Of a stretch of DNA of 64,000 nt, positions 12,685-24,662 are shown one piece after another (positions within the stretch are counted from its first letter, which is position 1; each line of letters opens with the position of its first letter). A program made the position numbers and the translations under genes. This stretch comes from Eutreptiella sp. 'Long Island Sound 2002' (lineage: Eukaryota; Protista; Euglenida), in NCBI GenBank assembly GCA_964036045.1, contig OZ038378.1:158658001-158722000 (forward strand). Reading direction: 5' to 3'. The notes beneath the pieces are model-generated. The model did no database searches. It was not told where the DNA came from and saw nothing but the letters and a program-made list of their open reading frames with translations.

Positions 12685-15070
12685 TCATGTGCAAGCTTTA
12701 AATAAACAGTGGTGAAAGGCCATTTGACCAGTGACCAGCTCGTTGTTCAGATTGCTATAAAATGTTTGTTTTTTCCCCTTCGCTTATCAACAAAGTGTGT
12801 ATAAAAATGGACACTTTTCCTGGTTCTTGTCTCCCCTGTTCAAATCCTTCCATAGCAATTTCATGGGAAACAATTTCTTGCATCCCCGGATCTCGTCCCG
12901 TACTATGACCTCCCAGCTCGGTGCGGAGTGCCACTGGTAGACTATGTTAATTAACTTGATTTACGTTTTTTGCTCCCGGTGATGTGCACCGTTGTCACGG
13001 GCAGTGATCTTGGTGGTGCGCGAGGGATACACGTTTCTGGTGTCATTGGTGTTTTTCTGGATTCACATGTCTGATGGGAGCCACTTTTCTTGTATTAGTG
13101 CCAGGCAGAGGATGCTGTGCAGGCAAGATAGGAGAAGACTCCTCGGCCCTCGGCGATCCGGTAACTTCTTCGTTGTGTTTTTGATCATGTACAATACTTT
13201 CTGATGGAGTGTTTGTTTGGATTGGGTGAGACACCCATGTCTGGTACCTTTGACGTTTCCTGCGTGCGGTGGGCAGGTGCATTGATCCTGGTTGGATGAG
13301 GTGGGATTCACATCTCTGGTGTCCTCGGTGTTCCTATGGCTTCAAATGCCTGTTGGGGGCCGTGGCGACGGAGGTCACCTCCTTCGGTTAGGAACGGGGC
13401 GGTGGAGGTCACCTCCGTCGGTTTATGGAGGTGACCTCCGTCGGTTGGGAAGGGGTGACGGATGTGACCTCCGTCGGTTTGGACCAGGGCGACGGAGGTC
13501 ACCTCCGTCAGTTGGAACCGGGGCGGCGAATGTCAGCTCCGCTAGTTAGAACCGGGGCGACGGAGGTCACCTCAGTCGGGTAGGACCGTGGTGACCGAGG
13601 TCAACTCCGTCGGCTAGGACCGGGACGACGAATGTCACCTCCGTCCGTTAGGAACGGGGCGACAGAGGTCACATTCGTCGGCGAGGACCGGGGCAACGGA
13701 GGGGACCTCCGTCGGTTTGGTGCCATAGGTGCTATTTATCTGTGCAAATTTTCTGCGGATATGGGGCTGGTGTTATTGAGTGTACTCGGGAGAACCCCTG
13801 AAAGCTGAAGGTCCATTTATGTACAGCATAGGCACACTCAATAACGAAGCGGACCAGAGGTTCATGCAGCATGCTGGCATAACATGCATGTGTCATTCCT
13901 TCACGCAGTAGTGCAGACGATCAGCCATGCCTGATTGGCAACTCATCAATGTGACGTGTGTGTTGTTCAGGGAACAAGCATCTATTCGGTCATGCGCAGT
14001 GGCCCCAGGTCACACGTGCCGTCAACTACTCATACAGCTGTGTGTGTGTGTGTGTGTAGCATAGTGGGTGGCATCCATGCGTGTATGCTGGGGATATGGG
14101 TCAGGTGTTTCCTTTTCCTTCTTTCTTGACATCACTGTTCCTTTTTGGAAAAGTCTGATCCCATGAAGTTTATTTCACAATGGTTTCTGTTGGTTGTTGT
14201 TTATTAGTGGGACATTTTCCATAGAGCCTTGTTGTTGTTTTTTTTTTTTGAAGGCCGTTGTTCATGGTCTGATGTTGTTTGCACGCGACATTTTCCAACC
14301 ATCGTGTATATTTTTGGGACATTTTCCAGCGAGCCTTGTATATTTTTTGGAGGCCGCTATTCTTGATGTAATGTTGTTGCACGCTGCTGTTTATTTTTGG
14401 TACATTTTCTAGAGAGCCCTGTACATTTTTTTGATGACACTGTTCATGCTCTGATGTTGTCTGCATGTTGCTGTTTTTCTTGTTGGGTCATTTTTCAGAG
14501 TAGTGGCAACCTCACCCTTGCCTTCTCGGGGGCCCACAAGAGGGCAGAGTTGCTACGTAACCCCTACATTCTCGGGGGTCCCCCAAAAAGGGGACCCAAT
14601 CCCCCCACCCACCCAGATTTTGGGGGCTCTGTTGACCCCCCTCCCCCCAGTTTGAAACCCGACTTCCCGCTGCGACACTTGGGAAGTGCATCCAATTGGC
14701 ACCTTCGGATTCAATTGGGTTGAGTGGGTGCACCCATACATCACAACCCATCCCGAGGATTGCGATAGGGAAAAGTGTGTGAAGAGTATCCAAGATTAGA
14801 AGAGAGAAAGAAATTGCACAACAAAAGGGGCTAGAACCTTCCGTAAACAATGCACAGAACACCAAGGACAATCAATAGACAATGGTGGCTGCTGAAAACC
14901 GACGGTGCTAAGAAAGACACAAAGCATGATAGTGGTCACCAATGGTGGACGGAATGGACAGGGGAAAATGACTCTGACACAAACACCAAATGGCAAGAAA
15001 CAAACAAAATGCACACCAAGGCAGCCCAAAATGGCCACCAAAGCAACGCAAGAACATCAAAAAAAAAAAG
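12685..15070. repeat. ~1.3-kb dispersed repeat, copy 1, interrupted by insertions (uninterrupted copy at ~26652-27950)
   Basis: Collinear blocks shared with 26.65-27.95 kb: gcaagctttaaataaacagtgg..., gccataggtgctatttatctgtg, gggaagtgcatccaattggcaccttcggattcaattgggttgagtggg, gacaatggtggctgctgaaaaccgacggtgct. Confidence 0.9.
13365..13720. repeat. Degenerate ~34-bp minisatellite with internal palindrome
   Basis: About 10 units of gcgacggaggtcacctccgtcggttaggaacggg. Core CGACGGAGG-TCA-CCTCCGTCG is an inverted repeat. Confidence 0.9.
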
Positions 15071-16164
15071 CAACGGTAAAAGGCAGTGGACTTGATGGAA
15101 GCAACACCGACCATTGGTGTGATAGGGGTGTTGTTTGCGCCCAGCCTCGGCCAGCGCGGGTGCTTAAGGGAGAGAGAGAGAAAAGAAAAGTGTTCCTATA
15201 CACAGTTTTCCCAAAAAGACCGTGTGTGGCTCATATGTTCAACCATGGTAGGTGGCAGTTGGCGGTTGGCGATTGGCAACTAGCGGTTGGTGGCAGTTGG
15301 TGGTGGTTGGTGGTCCCTTGGGGCAGTCCTTAAGGGTGGTCCTTAACAAAAAATAAATAAATAAAATCTAGTTCCTAAAAGAACCCCCTGGACTCGGCGG
15401 AGGGCTGGCCGGGAGGGACCCCGGCGGTGGAAAGGGTGACGGAATGGCAAACTGCATGTGCTCCAGCTCAGCGCTGTCCCATGGCACCATCTGGGAAACC
15501 CCAAAAGACCATCCCCGGCCGCATTTCACAGAAGAAACTCGATCTTCACAGACAACCAGAAAAAGGCACCGCCCCGGTACCACGAGTTGCGGAAATAACA
15601 CCTCTCGCCGCTCAAGGGCAACAACCGCCAAGGGCGCGGTTGTTGCAAAGAAAAGGGGGTGGGTGGGTAATACACGGCAATCCACTCGCTATTGTGGAAC
15701 ACTCCCCTTTTGTAAGCCATGCCACAGTCCCAAACTCATATGGTCCGCTGCCCTACTGGTCCTTAGACATGGTGATTTTTTTTGTTTTTGCTTTATTCCC
15801 TCCCACTCAAACTGTCCATCAAGTTCAACGTAAGCTCTCGGGCAACAGATCAAGGAGCAGGGCATATAGTACAACCGAGGGTTCCACATGCAGCATCATG
15901 CCAACGGGTCCCAGTTTCACCTAGTGGACCAACTCTGTTTACTACCGGCATGATCTACTCTTTGCATATGCACTCATAAGGTGCCACACCTTACGGCTCT
16001 GATTTCCAAATTGCTCTCCTAGGTGTTGTACCTGTTGACCGTTTGCCTGGTTCGGCTGTCTTTCCACGTACCTGCATCCCTGCTCTTCTGTCGCCGTTTT
16101 GTGTCCTGCTACTCACCCACGTCGCACAACAGGGCAGCCCTCATCCTAGTTATTGTGTCCGCAA

Positions 16165-16465
16165 CCACTTCCCCAAACACTTCCCCAACCACTTCCCCAA
16201 CCAATTCCCCACCCACTTCCCCAACCACTTCCCCACCCACTTCCCCATCCACTTCCCCAACCACTTCCCCAACCACTTCCCCAACCACTTCAGCAACCAC
16301 TTCCCCAACCACTTCCCCAACCACTTCCCCAACCACTTCAGCAACCACTTCCCCAACCACTTCCCCAACCACTTCCCCAACCACTTCAGCAACCACTTCC
16401 CCAACCACTGCCCCAACCACTTCCCCAACCACTGCCCCAACCACTTCCCCAACCACTTCCCCAAC
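16165..16465. repeat. 12-bp minisatellite (accacttcccca)n, ~25 units
   Basis: Directly visible. Produces stop-free ORFs in several frames. Confidence 0.95.
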
Positions 16466-18399
16466 TACGGTGCGTGCTGCTCCCGCATCAAACACCCTAA
16501 CTTGCCACCCCATGCTGAGCGCCAAAAAGCGAACCCCCAGCTTCCTCCCAATCATGGCCCACCCAAGCACCCGACTGCATCCAAATGATGCTCTACCCCC
16601 AATCATCACCAGAGATCAAGGGATTTGGTCTGACGACTGTGTCACGGAGCTGTAAACGACTATCCCTCGGTCAGTCTGCGAGTGCCCTGAGATTGTGGGT
16701 CTTGTACCCTCTGGCCATTCGCGTCGCTTGGCTGTCCGACCACGCACATGTTTCCCTGTTCTTCCGTGGCCAATTTTTGTCTTGCTCCAGTGCACCCATG
16801 TGCTCTGTCTCTGTGGGGCGTCTTTGTTCCATACCGCGCACCGCCTCGCCCTGTAGAATGGCTACGGCCCACTCGTGTTCTGCCAGCAGCTTGCTGACAC
16901 ATTGCTGCACCTCTGTCTTCACTCCACGGTACGTGCTTTCCAGCACTTGCTTCTGTGTGTGCCACCATATTCTGTGCGCCCCTGTTTCCCATTCGCCCCA
17001 CTCCAACTGTGGTGCCCTGGGGTTTTTTGTGTTGCACTTGCTCAGGCATGCCTTCCCTTTTTTGTGACGGTGATTTTGAGCCTCCTTTGCAGTTACCAAA
17101 CATTGGAAAGCCAAAGCATGCATTGGGACTTCACCGCCTCCAAGCCGATGGCACATTTTGTTTTGGATCAAATAAGCTTCACGAATTCAGTGCCGAAACC
17201 GTGAATGGTACGTGTACGAATAAAGAACAAGCTTTGGCAAGGGCAGCCAGGGTAGCCATACGGTGTGCAGCTTGTGACTGGCCCCCCATGGTGCCCCCAA
17301 GGGGGTACACGGTCAGTGTAAAGGAATTGACCACTCGTCGGGATCCCAGTGTGCCTTATGGCGTTTTGGGAGTGGTTGTACTGGGTTTTCCCACAATGCG
17401 GGGTCCCACTCCTCCCTGGGTCGCTTGCATATCATGTGTAGTGTTTTTTGTATTGGTCTGGTGTGTTGGCAGTATGTCAATAGTTTGGTCTGGACTTACG
17501 CCAAAAAAAAAAATAAGCGACCTACGCCTGGCACTTCGGCACAGGGCAACGACCGGGGACGTCTACGTCCATTCAGCATGCCTCTACTGTACAGACCTCC
17601 GTTGCTTGAGGTATTGATGCCGCTTGGACGGGGGGATGGGGGGTGCAGCATGGGAAAGGGCAGGGGAAATCAGTTTTGTGGGTGTGATTGGCATGTGTGT
17701 CCCCCCATTCTCAACCGTGAAATCTGCAGGGTGCTCCCAACCACGTCTGGTATGGGACAATGTAACACAGGGCCAAAGGGGGGGCGAGGGGTCCATTAAG
17801 GCTCCCTTTTGCCAGCCCCCACATTGGACATTCTTCACGCTACGGCCTCAAACCGCAATGCACAAGGGTAACGCAGCAAGTCTGCAAGACATCGGAGCAT
17901 ATCTTGACTCAGCTCTGAACAATGCGCATCCCAACAAGCCTCTCCTCGGATGAGCCTGTGCTTGTGTGACGCCCAAGAGACTGTTGAACAACACCATAAC
18001 GCTCGCTAACACACACCATCCCCCGGTAGCTCCGTCCGCACTGCAGCAATAGTTAGCCTCGCTGATTCACAGGTCCTCCGCCTGCCTACCCAACAAAATC
18101 AAACACGTGCTGCGGAAATGGGGTGTTGTTGGGCCACTTCCATCGATCAGCCAAATCAAAGGGAACCAAATCCCCAGCGCCCCAAGGGCAACAGAGGGTC
18201 TGGCCCACACTCAACAGCCCACATGACCCCAAGAATAAGGATGCGGAAGGGGCTCTTTGGCGTGCGGCAATGCAGTGGGGAATGCGGTGAGGCTACTAGC
18301 GTTTGACCACGCACCCGAAGACCCACAGCCGACCCGGGCGTTGTGGACACATGCCGCCGAGGGACAAGGCCAAGCTCCCTGTTGGAGGACAAGATGTTG

Positions 18400-18500
18400 C
18401 ACGTCGTCACCGGACAAAGAGGCAAACGGTGGTATTACTCCTGCGAGTCCTGCCCTCCAGCCACCATCTGCAGCCACGCACTGCAGTGTCCAGAGGTTGC
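18400..18500 (+). pseudogene. SWIM-like Cys/His motif in a decayed, possibly transposon-derived ORF
   Basis: WYYSCESCPPATICSHAL (C-x2-C-x5-C-x-H). Surrounding frames contain stops. Confidence 0.25.
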
Positions 18501-19260
18501 TGTGCACTGTGTTTCGATTTCTTCGCTCGACATGTTACGATGGACATATGAGACACACAGTCCTGGGCAACACGGAGTGGGACGACGATGAGGAGGAAGA
18601 ATAAACCACTGAAGCCTCGAAAAGTGGCTTATCTGCTGATTGCCGAAAGCGATGTAGCACGTCACATGTGATTGCAGTGATCAGAGAAGGGCAAGACATC
18701 CTACAGCCCAACAACACATCTGTGGCACAATGATGAACAAAACACAAGAACATATGTCTTGACCACGAACTACAATGCCTTGCACAACCTCCAGCCCGTG
18801 TGCTGCTTGAGGAGGTGCTACCACCCGCTGCCCTCGGAAAGGTTATGGGAAACCCCCCGAAACTTGCAAATGTGCAGATGTAATGCGCAATCGACGCAGA
18901 CAGGGACGTGCGGTCGGGTGAATGCATGTGAGGATCTGGAAACGTGGAGGGAAGGCCACCAGACGTTGGCGGGCGAACGCATGACCTTGTGCAATGGTGC
19001 GCATTGGAGAGCATTTTTGGGAGAGCCCCATCACAATCCCCATCGGTGTTGTGGTGGTTTGTTTTCGTTACGGTCGATTGTGGCTGCAACACACCACTCT
19101 TGAGGCTAGCAGTGGCAGGGCTTTCCGGCATTAGCAGCGGCGTTGTGTTGTCTCGCATGTCATTCCTCAGTACTCCATGACTTATCAACACCATGCCGAT
19201 CGTAAGCCGGGCTGCAGCTCCCGTTGGAGAGGCGGAACCTCGCTTATCAAAGCGCAAATC

Positions 19261-20407
19261 TTAGTCTGGCGTACCTGTCTCTGAAGGAATGCCAAACGCT
19301 TTGCACCTCCAAGTCGTATACTTCTCAAAGCATGTCCCTGCAACAACTCTGGCAAAATTGTCATCCGATGATGTCAGCAAGTAGCTAAGACTACGGCCTG
19401 TGTTGTGGCCCAGGTATTGTAGATACATGTATCGCGGCTTAATGCGCTCATTTAAACTGAGGCTGAAGAAACCCGGGAAAACATCGATCTCCGAGACGGA
19501 TCGTCCCATTCCCTGCGTCAGAAACTCAACCTTTGGGGCAATATTCTTTTCAATACTGTACGAAAATACATGTGGATGCCGATTCACTACTTTGCTCACA
19601 TCCACACCCAGCTCATCAAGATATGCCACCGTCCCCTTCATGTTCTCCATACTGTACCCAAACACCTGTGGAAACCGATTCACTGCTTTGCCCACATCCA
19701 CACCCAGCTCATCAAAATATGCCACCGTCCCCTTCATGTTCTCCATACTGTACCCAAACACCTGTGGAAACCGATTCACTAATTTGCCCACATCCACACC
19801 CAGCTCATCAAGATATGCCACTGTCCCCTTCATGTTCTCCATACTGTACCCAAACACCTGTGGATGCCGATTCACTACTTTGCCCACATCCACACCCAGC
19901 TCATCAAGATATGCCACCGTCCCCTTCATGTTCTCCATACTGAGCCCAAACACCTGTGGAAGCCAATTTACTACTTTGCCCACATCCACACCCAGCTCAT
20001 CAAGATATGCCACCGTCCCCTTCATGTTCTCCATACTGAGCCCAAACACCTGTGGAAACCGATTCACTACTTTGCCCACATCCACACCCAGCTCATCAAG
20101 ATATGCCACCGTCCCCTTCATGTTCTCCATACTGTACCCAAACACCTGTGGAAGCCGATTCACTAATTTGCCCACATCCACACCCAGCTCATCAAGATAT
20201 GCCACCGTCCCCTTCATGTTCTCCATACTGTACCCAAACACCTGTGGAAGCCAATTTACTACTTTGCCCACATCCACACCCAGCTCATCAAGATATGCCA
20301 CCGTCCCCTTCATGTTCTCCATACTGAGCCCAAACACCTGTGGAAACCGATTCACTACTTTGCCCACATCCACACCCAGCTCATCAAGATATGCCACCGT
20401 CCCCTTC
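19261..20407 (-). CDS. mTERF-repeat protein, 3' segment (downstream of the transposon insertion)
   Basis: 378-aa open frame: 8 near-identical plus 1 diverged 32-aa repeats (VAYLDELGVDVGKVVNRFPQVFGYSMENMKGT), then a typical mTERF C-terminus (NIAPKVEFL...FPGFFSLSLNERIKPRY). Stop TAA at 19261-19263. Confidence 0.9.
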
Positions 20408-20834
20408 GAGTATTTGGTAAAACTGAGTACCAGACGAGGTAAAACTGAGTAAAATGTGGTAAAACTGAGTAGATTTGAGGTAAAACTGAGTAAAAATTTT
20501 TTTTAAAAAAAAATTTATTTTTTTTACTCAGTAAAAAGACAATTTTTTTTTAAAAAAAAATGCACAAAAAACTGCACACTTTGATGGTAGGTGGTACTTT
20601 TGTTTAAGGGCACAAGGCCCCCGAGTCGATTCCCGGCCACTTGTGTTAGTGGCGCCCCACCCGGGCCAAACCATCATATATATATATATCACACAACCGC
20701 TTCACCAAGGAGGGTTGAGTACCGTCTGCATGCATGCACAGAGGAGGGAGGGATCACACAACCACTTCACCAAAGAGGGTTGAGTATCGTATGCATGCAT
20801 GCACAGAGGAGGGAGGGAGGGTGGGGCCAACTAC

Positions 20835-21700
20835 TTACAAGTAGTTACAAAAGACACGCTTGAAGATCAAGTCGGCCTTAGTATCTCTCTTGTGAGGCTT
20901 GCCTCTCGGGGTAGGATTCAGCTTGCATCTCTCAAAGAGATCTTCTTTCTTTTCCAGATGCAGCTGTCTGCAAAATGCTTGGTCATTTTCCAATTGACCA
21001 TCAGCATTTTGGGGGTATTGAGGAGGCAACGCATACCACTTCCGACAGATCCACACACCGGGACGGGTGTCATCAGTGGCATTGGCATTGCCAGGAGTGG
21101 CATGCGTGGCATTGGCAGCAGTAACTGCAGCAAAAGCAACAACAGCAGCAGCAGCAGCAGCAACGGGGGCCGCCCGGAATTGGCGCAATCCTACACAAAT
21201 CTCGGACTGACACAAGACAGTGGTATGGAAGGTACAATGAAGAACCTTACATTCCTGACACGCTATGGCGGGTGTGCCATCGCAAAAAAAGCATGTGTCA
21301 GGGGGGTCTGCAGATTTGGGCGTGGGGTACAACCGAGACACCTCCCAATGCATTGACCGGGTCCGGGGTGTGGGGGCCAACTTGGAACCACTGTAGTACA
21401 AAGTAGCTTGTGCCATCTCACGCAATAACCACAATCTATCCTGTGGCACTTGCAAATCGCCTTTGACAACACGTCTAGACAAGGCACAATGCAACATCAA
21501 CAGACATGCCGGATGGCAACTGACAAAATCATCCTGCCTGATGAAGGTGGAATACAGGGGTGCAATTGCAAATGCAAGGGAACCGAAAGCATCCAAAAAC
21601 GTTGCCCACTTCCTCCGCGGTTGTGGTTGGATGCCTTCTCGCTCCGCAAGCTCATCCACAACAGCCAACTCCTCCTTGTTTGCCCCAACAATGTGTGGCT
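20835..21700 (-). pseudogene. Cargo ORF fragment inside the transposon, with a B-box-like zinc finger
   Basis: ~280-aa open frame with no ATG start, cut off by the satellite. Contains CFFCDGTPAIACQECKVLHCTFH, a poly-Ala linker and a basic helical tail (KKEDLFERCKLNP...TKADLI). Confidence 0.5.
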
Positions 21701-22768
21701 TGCCGTATCGGGGATCCCCAGCGCTTCAGAGCGGGGGGCAGACTCAGAAGTGGCCCACAAGTGGGCAAAGTGGCTACCTCACCCCTGCCGTATCAGGGAT
21801 CCCCACCGCTTCAGAGCGGGGGGCAAAATCAGAAGTGGCCCACAAGTGGGCAAAGTGGCTACCTCACCCCTGCCGTATCGGGGATCCCCACCGCTTCAGA
21901 GCGGGGGGCAAAATCAGAAGTGGCCCACAAGTGGGCAAAGTGGCTACCTCACCCCTGCCGTATCGGGGATCCCCACCGCTTCAGAGCGGGGGGCAGAATC
22001 AGAAGTGGCCCACAAGTGGGCAAAGTGGCTACCTCACCCCTGCCGTATCGGGGATCCCCACCGCTTCAGAGCGGGGGGCAGAATCAGAAGTGGCCCACAA
22101 GTGGGCAAAGTGGCTACCTCACCCCTGCCGTATCGGGGATCCCCACCGCTTCAGAGCGGGGGGCAGAATCAGAAGTGGCCCACAAGTGGGCGAAATGGCT
22201 ACCTCACCCCTGCCGTATCGGGGATCCCCACCGCTTCAGAGCGGGGGGCAGAATCAGAAGTGGCCCACAAGTGGGCAAAGTGGCTACCTCACCCCTGCCG
22301 TATCGGGGATCCCCACCGCTTCAGAGCGGGGGGCAAAATCAGAAGTGGCCCACAAGTGGGCAAAGTGGCTACCTCACCCCTGCCGTATCGGGGATCCCCA
22401 CCGCTTCAGAGCGGGGGGCAAAATCAGAAGTGGCCCACAAGTGGGCAAAGTGGCTACCTCACCCCTGCCGTATCGGGGATCCCCACCGCTTCAGAGCGGG
22501 GGGCAGAATCAGAAGTGGCCCACAAGTGGGCAAAGTGGCTACCTCACCCCTGCCGTATCGGGGATCCCCACCGCTTCAGAGCGGGGGGCAGAATCAGAAG
22601 TGGCCCACAAGTGGGCAAAGTGGCTACCTCACCCCTGCCGTATCGGGGATCCCCACCGCTTCAGAGCGGGGGGCAGAATCAGAAGTGGCCCACAAGTGGG
22701 CGAAATGGCTACCTCACCCCTGCCGTATCGGGGATCCCCACCGCTTCAGAGCGGGGGGCAAAATCAGA
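21700..22768. repeat. 85-bp tandem satellite, ~12.5 units, inside the transposon
   Basis: Unit cacaagtgggcaaagtggctacctcacccctgccgtatcggggatccccaccgcttcagagcggggggca(a/g)aatcagaagtggcc. Period 85 (e.g. 21841, 21926). Confidence 0.97.
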
Positions 22769-23079
22769 AAAAAGGGCTTTTTTCTACTAATTTTTTTACT
22801 GAGTAAAAAAAAAATATTTTTTTTCTACTCAGTTTTTTACTGAGTAAAAAAAATTTTTTTTTTCTACTCAGTTTTTTACTGAGTAAAAAAAAAATATTTT
22901 TATTCTACTCAGTTTTTTACTGAGTAAAAAAAATAATTTTTTTTTCTACTCAGTTTCGCAACTGAGTAGAAACCCCACTTACTGAGTAAAAAAAAAAAAA
23001 TTTTACTCAGTTTGAAACTGAGTAAAAAAAAAAAATTTTAAAAAAAAAAATTTTTTTTACTCAGTTTTACCACGGACCC

Positions 23080-24662
23080 GTCCCCTTCATGTTCTCCATA
23101 CTGTACCCAAACACCTGTGGAAGCCGATTCACTACTTTGCCCACATCCACACCCAGCTCATCAAGATATGCCACCGTCCCCTTCATGTTCTCCATACTGT
23201 ACCCAAACACCTGTGGACGCCGATTCACTACTTTGCCCACATCCACACCCAGCTCATCAAGATATGCCACTGTCCCCTTCATGTTCTCCATACTGTACCC
23301 AAACACCTGTGGAAACCGATTCACTACTTTGCCCACATCCACACCCATCTCCTGCAGATATGCGACTGTCCTCTTCATGGTTTCCACACTATGCGAAAAC
23401 ATGGCCGGATGCTGGTTCACCACTTCAGGCACGTTCAAATCCAGGTACTGCAGATATGCAACTGTCCGGTCCATGATCTCTCTGTCATACGACAACACAG
23501 TTGGGTGCCCGGTTACCACAATGGCCACATCTACACCCAGCCCCCGTAAATATGCCTCTGTGCTCTGCAATTGTGAAATACTAAAACCAAAAACCTCTGG
23601 CAAAATGTTCACAACTCTTCGGGTATCAACTCCCAGCCCCTGCAAATACGCAACAGTCGCGCTCATACCCTCCAGAGGAAGCAGCAGCACTTCTGGATAC
23701 CTCTGCACGACGGTGCGGCATTGCACACGCAGCTCCCGCAAGTAGGTAATGACCGCGGCAGAGTCCTCCTCCGCCATGCGGAATACCTGCGGCACGGAGT
23801 TCACCACTGCTCCCATGTCTATGCGCAGCTTAGACAACACACCGTTGAAGATGTTGTCAAACAGGGACATGGTATCCCATCCCAAAAGCCCCGGATCCAG
23901 CGCTATTACTCTTGCGATATCCACACCTGGCTTATTCAGAAGGCTAACAACAGCTTCCACGTTCTCCATACTGTACACTAGCACTGCTAGGTGCTGATTC
24001 ACCACCGATACCACATCCACTCGCCAATCCTGCGGGTACCTCACTTTTTCCTTCACGTTCTGCAAACCCAGAACTTGCGGCTGCCGTTGCACAACCTGTT
24101 GTGTGTCCACACCCAGGTTCTGCAGGTACCCAACCGTCCACTGCAGGGCCTCTATAGAATACAAAAACACCGCCGGATGGCAACTCACTACCTTGCGGAC
24201 ATCCACGCCCAGCTCATCAAGATATGCAACGCACCGCTGCATGTGCTCCCTGCTAACCCCAACCACCTGCGGCTGCTCATCTACCACTGCACGTATGTCC
24301 AGACCAAAATCTTGCAAATACATCGCAACATCCTTCACCTGCTCTAACCTCAAACAGAACAGCGAGGGCACCGCATTTATTACTTTTGACAAGTCAACCC
24401 TCAACTCCTGCAAGAATCCAACAACTGCTTGCATTTCATGGATGTCAGAATGCAACACCGTTGGACACAGTTGTACGATGGCCCGCACATCAGCCCCAAG
24501 CTCTTGCAGGTACTCGGCAATCGCTTCCACATTCTTCACGGAGCAGTCCTGCATGGAGGGGCACTTCTCGATAAGGGCCTGAAGACTGGTACCAACATAG
24601 TACTCCACGGCCTCCTCAATGCCCATACCTACAGTTTGGAGGCAATTCAGGATTGCATGCAC
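23080..24662 (-). CDS. mTERF-repeat protein, 5' segment
   Basis: 531-aa open frame of diverged mTERF motifs (YLQELGAD...CPTVL; YLRGLGVD...HPTVL), grading into 3 near-identical 32-aa repeats next to the insertion. True start uncertain: in-frame TAG ~30 nt upstream and candidate AG acceptors nearby. Confidence 0.88.

Larger units (their letters stand above)
20408..23079. mobile_element. Non-autonomous TIR DNA transposon (MULE/Foldback-like), 2672 bp, 9-bp TSD
   Basis: TSD gtccccttc at 20399-20407 and 23080-23088. Termini GAGTATTTGGTAAAACTGAGTA vs (reverse complement) GGGTCCGTGGTAAAACTGAGTA. Subterminal tandem ACTGAGTA/TACTCAGT motifs in A/T tracts at both ends. A 9-bp TSD with G-initial TIRs is typical of Mutator-like elements. 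Confidence 0.88.

Noticed and set aside
13365-13720. CRISPR-like palindromic repeats
   Set aside because: Intervening sequences are only ~12 nt and similar to each other, not unique spacers; no cas genes; eukaryotic context.
16023-16655. Mucin-like TTSP-repeat protein
   Set aside because: All frames on both strands are open because of the 12-bp stop-free repeat; flanks look like decayed retroelement sequence.
19400-20452. Plus-strand 350-aa ORF and other overlapping ORFs, also at 23089-23745
   Set aside because: Antisense shadows of the mTERF repeats.
21450-22843. 427-447-aa ORFs in three frames
   Set aside because: Artefact of the stop-free 85-bp satellite (period not a multiple of 3).
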